This document shows, in pieces, positions 1 to 9,208 of a stretch of DNA of 53,728 nucleotides. This stretch comes from Comamonadaceae bacterium (GTDB lineage Bacteria; Pseudomonadota; Gammaproteobacteria; Burkholderiales; Burkholderiaceae_C): positions 1 to 53,728 of the forward strand of contig CANFMY010000001.1 of the NCBI GenBank assembly GCA_947448375.1. Direction: 5' to 3'. Under the pieces are notes generated by a model that was given only the letters and a program-made list of their open reading frames with translations, did no database searches and was not told where the DNA came from. A program made the translations under genes and the position numbers. The stretch's first letter is position 1. Every line of letters starts with the position of its first letter.

Positions 1-1239
1 GAGCGTGCCGCCGAAACGCTTGCTCAGGAACCCGGCGGCGCGGCTGGCGATGTTGATGTACTTGCCGACCAGGTCGGAGTTGACCCGCGCCACGAAGTCA
101 TCGGGGTTGAAGTCGATGTCTTCCACCCGCGCGCTGAGCTTGGCGGCGATGTAGTAGCGCAGCCATTCGGGGTTCATGCCCAGGCTCAGGTACTTGAGGG
201 GGTCCAGCCCGGTGCCGCGGCTCTTGCTCATCTTCTCGCCGCTCACCGTCAGGAAGCCGTGCACGAACACCGCGTTGGGCACCTTGCGGCCGCTGAAATA
301 GAGCATGGCCGGCCAGAACAGCGTGTGGAAGGTGATGATGTCCTTGCCGATGAAGTGGTACTGCTCCACCGACGGGTCAGCCATGAAGGCCTCGTAGTTC
401 TTGCCGATCTTGCCGAAGTAGTTTTTGAGCGAGGCCAGGTAGCCAATGGGCGCGTCCAGCCAGACGTAGAAGTACTTGCCGGGTGCGTCGGGAATCTCGA
501 TGCCGAAGTAGGGCGCGTCGCGCGAGATGTCCCAGTCGCCCATTTTGGGCTTGCCGTCCTCGCCGGGCTCGATCCACTCGGCAATTTTGTTGAGCACCTC
601 GGTTTGCACCGCGCCGCTGTGGGTCCATTGCGCCAGGAAATCCAGGCAGCGCGGGTCGGACAGTTTGAAGAAAAAGTGCTCGGAGGTGCGCAGCACCGGC
701 GTCGCACCCGACAGCGCCGAGTAGGGGTTCTTCAGTTCGGTGGGCGCGTACACGGCACCACAGCTCTCGCAGTTGTCGCCGTACTGGTCTAGGGCGCCGC
801 ATTTGGGGCACTCGCCCTTGATGAAGCGATCCGGCAGGAACATGCCCTTGTCGGGGTCATAGAACTGCTCGATGGTGCGGGTCTCGATCAGGCCAGCCTG
901 CTTGAGGTCGAGGTACACGGCCTGGGCCAGTTCGTGGTTCTCCGGGCCGTCGGTGCTGTGCCAGTTGTCAAAGCCGATGTGAAACCCGTCCAGGTAGGGT
1001 TTGCGACCCGCGGCGATGTCGGCGACGAACTGCTGGGGCGTGACCCCGGCCTTCTCGGCCGCAATCATGATGGGCGCGCCGTGCGCGTCGTCGGCGCACA
1101 CGAAGTGAACCTCATGGCCCTGCATGCGCATCACCCGCACCCAGATGTCGGCCTGGATGTATTCCATGATGTGGCCAATGTGGAACTTGCCGTTGGCGTA
1201 CGGCAGGGCGGTGGTGACGAACAGTTGGCGTTGGGACAT
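1..1239 (-). CDS. metG: Methionine--tRNA ligase (5' part; runs off the window start)
   Basis: Manual translation from the ATG at 1239 gives [35 protein letters not shown] (HIGH motif), Zn-knuckle GECPKCG...YGDNCESCG, and KMSKS near 220-234. Not in the ORF track because it is truncated. Divergent from apbC, as in many proteobacteria. Confidence 0.97.
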   Translation of the reverse strand, partial: MSQRQLFVTTALPYANGKFHIGHIMEYIQADIWVRVMRMQGHEVHFVCADDAHGAPIMIAAEKAGVTPQQFVADIAAGRKPYLDGFHIGFDNWHSTDGPENHELAQAVYLDLKQAGLIETRTIEQFYDPDKGMFLPDRFIKGECPKCGALDQYGDNCESCGAVYAPTELKNPYSALSGATPVLRTSEHFFFKLSDPRCLDFLAQWTHSGAVQTEVLNKIAEWIEPGEDGKPKMGDWDISRDAPYFGIEIPDAPGKYFYVWLDAPIGYLASLKNYFGKIGKNYEAFMADPSVEQYHFIGKDIITFHTLFWPAMLYFSGRKVPNAVFVHGFLTVSGEKMSKSRGTGLDPLKYLSLGMNPEWLRYYIAAKLSARVEDIDFNPDDFVARVNSDLVGKYINIASRAAGFLSKRFGGTL

Positions 1240-1432
1240 GGGTCAGGTCCGCGGCCAAGGGGCGGCGGAATCGCAAAGGGGTCGGAGGAGACAGAGACCA
1301 GGATTTTAGGTCAGGGGCCATCCAGCGCTCTGCTGGGCCCGCGTGGCGACCGACGCCAACCCTCAGCAACCCTGACCGATTCGAGGTCGTACCAGGTTGG
1401 ATAGACTAGCCGGCTGATTTGCGGAGCCCCTC

Positions 1433-2524
1433 ATGTCCCTGACCGAACCCACCCTCCTGGCCGCCCTGCAGGCCGTGACCGACCCCAACACGGGCCAAGA
1501 CTTTGTCACGACCAAGGCGCTGCGCAACCTGCAGATCCAGGGCAGCGACGTCGCCTTCGACCTCGAGATGGGCTACCCCGCACGCACCCAGCACGCGGCC
1601 TTGCGTCAGGCCCTGATCAGCGCGGCCAAAGGCGTGACCGGTGTGGGCAATGTGTCGGTCAACATCAGCACCCGCGTGATTGCCCATGCGGCCCAGCGCG
1701 GCGTGCAGTTGCTGCCCCAGGTGCGCAACATCATCGCCGTGGCCTCGGGCAAGGGTGGGGTGGGCAAGAGCACCACCGCGGCCAACCTGGCACTGGCGCT
1801 GGCTGCCGAGGGCGCCCGCGTGGGCCTGCTTGATGCCGACATCTACGGCCCCAGCCAACCCATGATGATGGGCATTGAGGGCCGCCCTGAAACCGAAGAC
1901 GGCCAAAGCATGGAGCCGCTGGAAAACTACGGCGTTCAGGTGATGTCCATTGGCTTCCTGGTCAACGCCGACGACGCCATGATCTGGCGTGGCCCCATGG
2001 CCACCCAGGCGCTGGAGCAGTTGCTGCGCCAGACCAACTGGAAAGACTTGGATTACCTCATTGTCGACATGCCGCCGGGTACCGGCGACATCCAGCTCAC
2101 CCTGAGCCAGCGCGTGCCCCTGACCGGCGCGGTGATCGTCACCACGCCCCAGGACATCGCCTTGCTCGATGCCCGCAAAGGCATCCGCATGTTCGAGAAA
2201 GTGGGCGTGCCCATCCTCGGACTGGTGGAAAACATGGCGGTGCACGTGTGCACCCAGTGTGGCCATGCCGAGCACATCTTTGGCCAGGACGGCGGACGCC
2301 GCATGGCCGAGGAACTGGGCGTGGACTACCTGGGCGGCTTGCCCCTGGACCTGAACATCCGCTTGCACGCCGATGGCGGGCGCCCCACCGTGGTGGCCGA
2401 CCCGAACAGCCCGATTGCCGCCACCTACCAGATGCTGGCGCGCCAGGTGGCGATTCGGGTGGCCGCGCGGGCCAAGGACTTTTCCTCGAAATTCCCGACC
2501 ATCAAGGTGTCCAAAGACACCTGA
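1433..2524 (+). CDS. apbC: Mrp/ApbC iron-sulfur cluster carrier ATPase
   Basis: N-terminal DUF59-like domain, deviant Walker A ASGKGGVGKSTT, DADIYGPS, DMPPGTGD, ENM...CTQC. Confidence 0.95.
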   Translation: MSLTEPTLLAALQAVTDPNTGQDFVTTKALRNLQIQGSDVAFDLEMGYPARTQHAALRQALISAAKGVTGVGNVSVNISTRVIAHAAQRGVQLLPQVRNIIAVASGKGGVGKSTTAANLALALAAEGARVGLLDADIYGPSQPMMMGIEGRPETEDGQSMEPLENYGVQVMSIGFLVNADDAMIWRGPMATQALEQLLRQTNWKDLDYLIVDMPPGTGDIQLTLSQRVPLTGAVIVTTPQDIALLDARKGIRMFEKVGVPILGLVENMAVHVCTQCGHAEHIFGQDGGRRMAEELGVDYLGGLPLDLNIRLHADGGRPTVVADPNSPIAATYQMLARQVAIRVAARAKDFSSKFPTIKVSKDT

Positions 2525-2632
2525 GCGAGCCTCGCCGTCAGCCCCGGCGTGTTCATTTCACGCGGCGCAGGGGGCGCTGCGTTGTGGGCGGATGTGGCTG
2601 CGTCAGGGTCAAGGCTGTCCTATGATGGGCCC

Positions 2633-3811
2633 ATGCCCAGAATCGCCTCGCTTCTCCTCAATGTCGGCCACGGCCTGGACCACCTCTTTCTGCTGATTTT
2701 TGCCACGGCGGTCGGGGCCATTGCCCAGGACTTCCAGATCGAGCGCTGGGAGGACATGATGCCATTCACCGTGGGCGCCTTCTTGTTGTTCGGGCTCGGC
2801 TCCATTCCGTCGGGCCGACTGGGCGACCTGTGGGGGCGTCGGCGCATGATGCTGGTGTTTTTTTACGGCATGGGCGTGGCCGCGTTGCTGGTGTCGCTTA
2901 CCCAAAGCCCCTGGCAAATGGCCATCGCGCTGACCCTCCTGGGTGCGGTGTCGTCCATCTACCACCCGGTGGGAATTCCGCTGCTGGTACAGGGCTCTCG
3001 CACCCCGGGGCTGACCATCGGCATCAACGGCCTGGCCGGCAACATGGGCATCGCGGTGGCAGCCTTGCTGACCGGGATCCTGGTGCAATGGGGTGGCTGG
3101 CGACTGGCCTTTGTGGTGCCGGGTGTGGTCTCCATCGTGTGCGGCTGGCTGTTCGCCCGCCATGCCCCCACCGAAATCGCCCCGCCAGCGCGCAAGAAGG
3201 CCTCGGGCGTGCACCTGCCGCGCTGGCTGGCGCTGCGCACCCTGGTGGTGATGATCGCCACCGCCATCAGCAGCAGCCTGTTGTTCAACTTCACCACCAA
3301 CGGCAACGCACAACTGCTGGCCCAGCGCCTGGATGGACTGGTGAATGAACCCGTCATGCTCGGTCTGTTGCTGGCCCTGGTGTACGCCGTGGCCTCGTTT
3401 GCGCAGGTGATCGTGGGTCGCCTGATCGACACGGTGCCGATCAAGCCGCTCTTTTTCGGCATCCTGGCCTTGCAAGGCGTGGTGTTTTACTTGTCGTCGG
3501 GCACCACCGGCTGGATCTGGTATGGCTCGGCCATCGTTTACATGGTGGCCGTGTTTGCCTCCATTCCGTTCAATGACGCCATGGTGGTGCGCTACATCGA
3601 CGACTCGATGCGCTCGCGGGTCAGTGGCACGCGCATTGCCATCTCCTTTGGCTTCAGCTCGCTGGCGGTGTACATGCTCGGTCCGGTGGTCAAGCAGGCC
3701 GGCTTCACCACGCTGATGTTGTCGATGTCCCTGATCGCTGTCATCGGGGCGTGTTGCGTCCTCGGTCTGCCGGGCGAAGAAGAGATGCGGGCATCGCGCC
3801 AGGAGGCGTGA
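2633..3811 (+). CDS. MFS transporter
   Basis: About 12 hydrophobic segments and MFS motif A (GRLGDLWGRR). Start moved to ATG 2633 (MPRIAS). Confidence 0.88.
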   Translation: MPRIASLLLNVGHGLDHLFLLIFATAVGAIAQDFQIERWEDMMPFTVGAFLLFGLGSIPSGRLGDLWGRRRMMLVFFYGMGVAALLVSLTQSPWQMAIALTLLGAVSSIYHPVGIPLLVQGSRTPGLTIGINGLAGNMGIAVAALLTGILVQWGGWRLAFVVPGVVSIVCGWLFARHAPTEIAPPARKKASGVHLPRWLALRTLVVMIATAISSSLLFNFTTNGNAQLLAQRLDGLVNEPVMLGLLLALVYAVASFAQVIVGRLIDTVPIKPLFFGILALQGVVFYLSSGTTGWIWYGSAIVYMVAVFASIPFNDAMVVRYIDDSMRSRVSGTRIAISFGFSSLAVYMLGPVVKQAGFTTLMLSMSLIAVIGACCVLGLPGEEEMRASRQEA

Positions 3812-3947
3812 TCAACCGGCCGTGCCCGCGCAGGGGCATGCCCCGCTTCATTGACGGATCGCTGAGGCCCCAATGGCTGATCGTCGGGACCGGGATGTGT
3901 CATCGAGGCGTCGATGGCCGCCTACGACTGCGGGCACAATGACCTGC

Positions 3948-4829
3948 ATGGAACTCAACCACCAGGAAATCAAGACACCCCCGCGTGATGCGGCCTCCGT
4001 GCTGATGCTGCGCGATGGCGCCCACGGGCTGGAAATTTTCATGCTGCAACGACACAGCAACTCGGCGGTGTTGGGCGGTGCCTATGTGTTTCCCGGTGGC
4101 AAGCTCGATGTGGCGGACGCCGAGCTCGACCCGGCGCGTCACCTCGACCAGCCCCGCGACCTGTTGCACCGCCAGTTGGCCGAACCCGAGCTGGACGCGG
4201 CCCGCGCCTGTGGCCTGTATGTGGCGGCGCTGCGCGAGGCGTTCGAGGAGTCGGGAATTTTGTTTGCCCACGGCCCCGACGGACAGGCCCCTGATGCCGT
4301 GCGCGCCGGTGAGCGTTTGCGTGCCGGCACCAGCTTTGCGGATGTGCTGCGCGACATGTCCTTGCAACTCACCACCCGATTTCTCGTGCCGTGGTCGCGC
4401 TGGATCACGCCCAAGCTGGCATCGGTGTCCTCGCAGCGCTTTGATACGCGCTTTTTCGTCGCCGCTGTGCCGGCAGGTCAGGACGCCGTGCATGACAACG
4501 TGGAAACCACCCACAGCACCTGGCTGCAACCGCGTCAGGCCCTGGAGGACTATTGGGAACGACGCATCGAACTCGCGCCGCCCCAGATCATGAGCCTGGT
4601 GCAATTGCTGCGTCACGACACGGTGCAGGCGGTACTGGACGACACCCGCCAGCGCGCGCCTGCGACCATCCAGCCCGAGCCGTTTGACGACGACGGCGTG
4701 CGCACCATTTGCTACCCGGGCGACCCCAGGCACTCGCTCACCGAGCGGGTGATGCACGGCCCCACCCGACTGCGCTTTGTCAACCGCCGGTTCGAGCCGG
4801 TCGATGGGTTTCAGGGCTTTTTCGCCTGA
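3948..4829 (+). CDS. NUDIX hydrolase (NUDT19-like, split Nudix box)
   Basis: PRDAASV, YVFPGGKLD...AALREAFEESGI, RWITP...RFDTRFF, LAPPQ. Start at ATG 3948 (or 3939). Confidence 0.88.
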   Translation: MELNHQEIKTPPRDAASVLMLRDGAHGLEIFMLQRHSNSAVLGGAYVFPGGKLDVADAELDPARHLDQPRDLLHRQLAEPELDAARACGLYVAALREAFEESGILFAHGPDGQAPDAVRAGERLRAGTSFADVLRDMSLQLTTRFLVPWSRWITPKLASVSSQRFDTRFFVAAVPAGQDAVHDNVETTHSTWLQPRQALEDYWERRIELAPPQIMSLVQLLRHDTVQAVLDDTRQRAPATIQPEPFDDDGVRTICYPGDPRHSLTERVMHGPTRLRFVNRRFEPVDGFQGFFA

Positions 4830-4964
4830 GATGATCCATCCCCGCAGGGCCGATCGCCACCAACCGCGGCGCGTCTATTCCCATGCGAATGCCCGGGATT
4901 GCGCGTCGAACGCCCTTTCGGGGGTAGGATGCACCCCCATAGTGTCGACAGGAAGGTACTGACC

Positions 4965-5939
4965 ATGTTGTCTCGTTTCAAATCCCGTTTCTTGGTGCTG
5001 ACGGCTGCTCTGGGCATGACGCTGGCGGCGCAAGCGCAATCCTTTCCCAGCAAGCCGATCCGCTTGATCTGCCCGTTCCCGCCCGGGGGTGCCGTGGATA
5101 TCGCCTCGCGCGCCATCGCGGCCGAGTTGTCCAAAAACCTGGGTCAACCGGTGACCGTGGACAACAAGCCCGGAGCCGGCGGCAACATCGGTGGCGCTGA
5201 AACGGTTCGTTCTGCTCCCGATGGCTACACCCTCTTCATGACCACCAGCGGTATTTCGGCCATCAACCCGTTCCTGTACGCCAAGATGCCGTTTGATCCC
5301 ATGAAGGACCTGGCGTCGGTGTCGGCCCTGGTGTCGCTCAACAACGTGCTGGTGGTGCACCCGTCGGTCAAGGCCAACTCGGTGTCCGAGTTGATCAACC
5401 TGGCCAAGGCCCAGCCGGGGGCAGTCACCTACGCCTCCAGCGGTAGCGGCACCAGCATTCACATGTCGGGCGAAATGTTCAAGCACCTGGCAGGCGTCAA
5501 CATGACGCATATCCCTTACAAAGGCAGTGCACCGGCCCTGACCGACCTCATGGGCGGACAGGTCATGATCATGCTGGACAACATTCCCTCGGCGCTGCCC
5601 CACATCAAGAGCGGCAAACTGCGTGCCCTGGCCACCACCGGCGCCAAGCGTGACCCGCTGTTGCCCGAATTGCCCACCATCGCCGAAGCAGGCGTGGCGG
5701 GCTACGAGTCGGGCGTGTGGTTCGGGCTGGCCGTGCCGGCCGGCACCCCGCGCGAGATCATCGCCAAACTCAATGCCGAAGCGGTCAAAGGCACCAAGGC
5801 ACCGGACTATGTCAAGCGCATGACCGAACTGGGCTACAACATCATCGGCAGCACCCCCGACCACATGACCGAGATGCTGCGCGCCGAGGTGAACCGCTGG
5901 GGCCCCATCGTCAAGGCCTCCGGAGCCAAAGCTGACTGA
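4965..5939 (+). CDS. Bug/TctC family tripartite tricarboxylate transporter substrate-binding protein
   Basis: Signal peptide ending AQA, FPSKPIRLICPFPPGGAVD, NKPGAGGNIG, DGYTL, HIPYKGSAPA. Confidence 0.93.
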   Translation: MLSRFKSRFLVLTAALGMTLAAQAQSFPSKPIRLICPFPPGGAVDIASRAIAAELSKNLGQPVTVDNKPGAGGNIGGAETVRSAPDGYTLFMTTSGISAINPFLYAKMPFDPMKDLASVSALVSLNNVLVVHPSVKANSVSELINLAKAQPGAVTYASSGSGTSIHMSGEMFKHLAGVNMTHIPYKGSAPALTDLMGGQVMIMLDNIPSALPHIKSGKLRALATTGAKRDPLLPELPTIAEAGVAGYESGVWFGLAVPAGTPREIIAKLNAEAVKGTKAPDYVKRMTELGYNIIGSTPDHMTEMLRAEVNRWGPIVKASGAKAD

Positions 5940-6576
5940 ACTCGAGCTGTTTCCGCTCTCCAACGGCCTGTTTCCCGATGGAAAGCTGGCCTTGCAGATC
6001 TTCGAGGTGCGTTACCTCGACCTGATCAAGCAGTGCCAGCGTGAGGGTCGACCCTTCGGGGTGGTGATGCTGCACCAAGGCAGCGAAGTGCAGCAGGCCG
6101 GCGTGATGGAGACCCCGAGCACCTGGGGTTGTCTGGCCCACCTGGAAGCCGTCGAACAGATTCAGCCCGCCTTGCTGCGGGTGAGTTGTCGGGGTGGACA
6201 GCGCTTTCAGCTCTTGCATTCCGAGCGGGGTGCCTACGGGCGCTGGCGGGGCCAGGCGCAGTTGTCTGACCCGGATCCCGCGGCGGCCATCCCCCCGTTG
6301 TTGCAGCCGCTGGCGGATCGGCTGGGGCAGTTGATTGCAGACGCGCAGCGCCGTGGCATGGAGGCCCTGTTGCCGCTGGCAACGCCTTATCGCCTGGACG
6401 AGGCCGGATGGGTCGCCAACCGGTGGGCCGAACTCCTGCCGTTGGCGGTCCCGTTCAAGGAGCACCTGCTGTCCACCGACGACCCCCTCAAACGCCTGGA
6501 GCTCGTGGCGCAGGTGGTGAAAGCCTCGGCGCAGGACGATCAGGGCAGTGACGTTTCAGGCATCGACGGCGAGTAA
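5932..6576 (+). CDS. Stand-alone Lon protease N-terminal (substrate-binding) domain protein
   Basis: In-frame upstream extension of the ORF at 5992 gives ELFPLSNGLFPDGKLALQIFEVRYLDLI, the family N-terminal motif. Probable CTG start at 5932 with GGAG 6 nt upstream. C-terminal WVANRWAELLPL...LLSTDDPLKRL. Confidence 0.82.
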   Translation: MTELELFPLSNGLFPDGKLALQIFEVRYLDLIKQCQREGRPFGVVMLHQGSEVQQAGVMETPSTWGCLAHLEAVEQIQPALLRVSCRGGQRFQLLHSERGAYGRWRGQAQLSDPDPAAAIPPLLQPLADRLGQLIADAQRRGMEALLPLATPYRLDEAGWVANRWAELLPLAVPFKEHLLSTDDPLKRLELVAQVVKASAQDDQGSDVSGIDGE

Positions 6577-6611
6577 GATACCCCCACGATGACGGGGCGA
6601 CTCACCACCAT

Positions 6612-6824
6612 TCAGAACCAGCACCACACGCCGGTGCACTGCCCGGTGATGGCCTGGATCACGCCGTCCACGGCCATGCCCAGCAACAGAAGGGGTCCGC
6701 CCAGGACCAGCATGCCCCACACCCAGGCCATGCCGGTCAGTCGCGGCTCCTCGATGCGATGCCCCATGACCTCTTGCGGCGGGGGCATGCGCCAGCGGGT
6801 GAGCCAGGACGTGTCAGCTGTCAT
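6612..6824 (-). CDS. Small hypothetical membrane protein (70 aa, one TM segment, C-terminal C-x4-C)
   Basis: Fills the gap between the LON-domain gene and the GNAT gene. Hydrophobic stretch AWVWGMLVLGGPLLLLGMAV, ends QCTGVWCWF, TAGAAT 9 nt upstream. Confidence 0.65.
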   Translation of the reverse strand: MTADTSWLTRWRMPPPQEVMGHRIEEPRLTGMAWVWGMLVLGGPLLLLGMAVDGVIQAITGQCTGVWCWF

Positions 6825-6844
6825 AGAGAAGGCATTCTAGGGCG

Positions 6845-7765
6845 ATGAAGCTGTTTTGGGATGACCTCGACGCGGGCGACTGGGACCGTCACCACGCCGC
6901 CGCCTCGGCGGCCTTGCAGCAGGATTGGGCCTATGGCAGCTGCATGAAGGCCATCGGGGTCGCTTGCTGGCGGGTGCGTGTTGAAGCCGAGGGGCGCACG
7001 GTGGCGTTGGCGCAGTTCATTGGCCGCCGGCTGGCGGGGATGGTGTCCGTGGCGCTGTGTTCGCGCGGGCCGGTCTGGACCGAGTCGCTCACGGCCGCGG
7101 ACAAGGCCGAGGTGTACCGTCGACTGCGTGCAGGTCTGCCGATGTTGCGACCACGCTTGGCTTTTTTCACACCCGAGGAGCCGGCCGGCGAGTCGCTGGG
7201 CCTCTCGCCCTGGCGGCGTGTCATGACGGGGTACTCCACCGTGACCCTGGACCTCAGCCAGTCGCGTGAGCAATTGCGAGCCGGTTTCGAGGGCAAATGG
7301 CGCAACCGTCTGGTGGCAGCCGAAGCGGCCGGGCTCACGGTGCAGCGACTGGGGGCCAATCCGGCGCAATTTCGCTGGTTGCTCGAGCAGGAGGACTCGA
7401 TGCGCGAGCAACGTGGCGTCGCGGGGCTGCCGTCGGGCTTTATCGAGCGCTACATCCAGGCGCGCAAGTCCGCCGCGCACACCGTGCTGACGTTGCGCGC
7501 CGATCACCAGGGCGAGCGTGTGGCAGCCATGATGTTTTTGCTGCATGGCACCGCCGCCACGTACCAGGTGGGCTGGTCCAACGACACGGGCCGGCAGCTC
7601 AATGCGCACAACCTGTTGCTGTGGCAAGCCATCGAGGCCTTGCAGCAGCGTGGGGTGCGCCTGCTCGACCTGGGGGGCGTCAACACCCAGCGCAGCGCCG
7701 GCATCGCGCGCTTCAAACTCGGCACGGGCGGGCGCGTGCTGACCCTGGCAGGCACTTACCTATGA
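6845..7765 (+). CDS. FemAB/FemX-like GNAT-fold (aminoacyl/acyl)transferase
   Basis: LQQDWAYG, RGPVW, TVTLDLS, KWRNRL, YQVGWS, NLLLWQAI...GVRLLDLGG...GIARFKLGTGG. Stop overlaps the ccmA start (ATGA). Confidence 0.8.
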   Translation: MKLFWDDLDAGDWDRHHAAASAALQQDWAYGSCMKAIGVACWRVRVEAEGRTVALAQFIGRRLAGMVSVALCSRGPVWTESLTAADKAEVYRRLRAGLPMLRPRLAFFTPEEPAGESLGLSPWRRVMTGYSTVTLDLSQSREQLRAGFEGKWRNRLVAAEAAGLTVQRLGANPAQFRWLLEQEDSMREQRGVAGLPSGFIERYIQARKSAAHTVLTLRADHQGERVAAMMFLLHGTAATYQVGWSNDTGRQLNAHNLLLWQAIEALQQRGVRLLDLGGVNTQRSAGIARFKLGTGGRVLTLAGTYL

Positions 7766-8388
7766 GTGCGACCCGGCTGGATGTGCAAGGGCTGGCGTGC
7801 GAGCGGGGGGGCAGGGCGCTCTTCGCCAACGTCAGCTTCAGCCTGTGCGCTGGCGAATGGATGCACTTGCAGGGTGACAACGGCGCTGGCAAAACCAGTC
7901 TGCTGCGCCTGGTGAGCGGCTTGTCGCCGGCAGCGGCCGGCGAGGTGCGGTGGGCCGGTGTGCCTATCCGGCAGTGTGCCGAGGTGTACCGCGCGCAGAT
8001 GCTGTACCTGGGCCACACCCTCTCGCTCAAGGACGATCTGAGCGCCCTGGAAAATCTGCAGTTCGAGGCGGCGGTGAGTGGCGAGCCGCTGGACGAGACG
8101 CGAGCCCGGCAGGGACTGGCGACGCTCGGGTTGCGCGGGCGTGAGCATCTGCCGCTGCGGGTGCTGTCGCAGGGGCAAAAGCGACGTGCCGCACTGGCGC
8201 GGTTGCTGACCACCCGCGCGCGGCTGTGGTTGCTGGACGAGCCCTTTGTGGCGCTCGACCCCGGCGCGGTCACACAACTGGTGGACTTGCTGGGACAGCA
8301 CGTCGCGCAGGGTGGCCTGGTGCTCTACACCAGTCACCAGACCGTGCCCATGGGCGGCACGGGTCATCACTACAGGTTGGCCGCATGA
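7762..8388 (+). CDS. ccmA: Heme ABC exporter ATP-binding protein CcmA
   Basis: LACERGGRALF, Walker A GDNGAGKT, LSQGQKRR, LWLLDEP, TSH. Real start ATG 7762 lies inside the ORF at 7297. Confidence 0.93.
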   Translation: MSATRLDVQGLACERGGRALFANVSFSLCAGEWMHLQGDNGAGKTSLLRLVSGLSPAAAGEVRWAGVPIRQCAEVYRAQMLYLGHTLSLKDDLSALENLQFEAAVSGEPLDETRARQGLATLGLRGREHLPLRVLSQGQKRRAALARLLTTRARLWLLDEPFVALDPGAVTQLVDLLGQHVAQGGLVLYTSHQTVPMGGTGHHYRLAA

Positions 8389-9050
8389 GTGCCTTCAACG
8401 CCGTGCTGCGTCGTGATGTGCTGCTGGCCCTGCGGCGCAAGGCCGAGGTGCTGACCGGGGTGTTCTTCTTCGTGGTGGTGGCGTCCCTGTTTCCGCTCGC
8501 CATCGGGCCAGAGATGGCCGTGTTGCGCCAGGTGGCACCCGGGGTGATCTGGGTGGGGGCTTTGCTGGCCAGCATGTTGTCGCTGGGTCGCCTGTTCGAA
8601 TCGGACTACCGCGATGGCACGCTCGAGCATTTGGCCTTGTCGCCGGTCGGGCTGCCCTGGCTGGTGGCGGCCAAAATTTTGGCGCACTGGCTGACATCTG
8701 GCCTGCCCCTGGTTCTGCTGGCGCCACTGCTGGGTCTGCAATTTGATTTGCCTGTTGAATCGCTGGGGGTGTTGATCCTGACCCTCCTGATGGGCACGCC
8801 GGTGTTGTCTCTCATCGGCGCGATTGGCGCGGCGCTTACCCTGGGGGTGCGCGGTGGCGGTGTGCTGTTGTCGCTGCTGGTGCTGCCCTTGTTTGTGCCG
8901 GTGCTGGTGTTCGGGGCCGGGGCGGTGGAGTCGCAGATCGCGGGTCTGGGCATTGAGGCGCATGTCTCCATCCTGATGGCCCTGCTGCTGCCCGCTGCCG
9001 CGCTCAGTCCGTTGGCGTGCGCCGTGGCCTTGCGCATTGCGCTGGAATGA
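8385..9050 (+). CDS. ccmB: Heme exporter permease CcmB
   Basis: LFPLAIGP, LFESDYRDGTLE, KILAHWL, LLVLPLFVPVLVF. ATGA overlap with ccmA. Confidence 0.94.
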   Translation: MSAFNAVLRRDVLLALRRKAEVLTGVFFFVVVASLFPLAIGPEMAVLRQVAPGVIWVGALLASMLSLGRLFESDYRDGTLEHLALSPVGLPWLVAAKILAHWLTSGLPLVLLAPLLGLQFDLPVESLGVLILTLLMGTPVLSLIGAIGAALTLGVRGGGVLLSLLVLPLFVPVLVFGAGAVESQIAGLGIEAHVSILMALLLPAAALSPLACAVALRIALE

Positions 9051-9123
9051 ACCGGAACGGTCTGCGTGTCACCCCTGAATCGTCGGCATGACAACGTCCT
9101 GACGTGTCACGCCAGACAGCCGC

Positions 9124-9165
9124 TTGACCTTGGTCATTTCAGGCCCATCGGGACCTCCCTAAAAT
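9124..9165 (+). promoter_or_regulatory. FNR/CRP-family box plus -10 element upstream of ccmC
   Basis: TTGAC-cttg-GTCAT at 9124-9137 (FNR consensus TTGAT-N4-ATCAA) and TAAAAT at 9160-9165. The box centre would be about -41.5 from a start near 9172. Confidence 0.65.
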
Positions 9166-9208
9166 CCCCCCAACTCAGCCTCACACCCTTGGCGGTTGAC
9201 CCGACCTT

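Noticed and set aside
7297-7761. Long N-terminal extensions in the ORF track (ccmA from 7297; similarly ccmH 12767, PHP 20453, rsmB 40850, livM 50440)
   Set aside because: They overlap upstream genes and are low-complexity. Internal starts with overlap, RBS or -10 support fit better.
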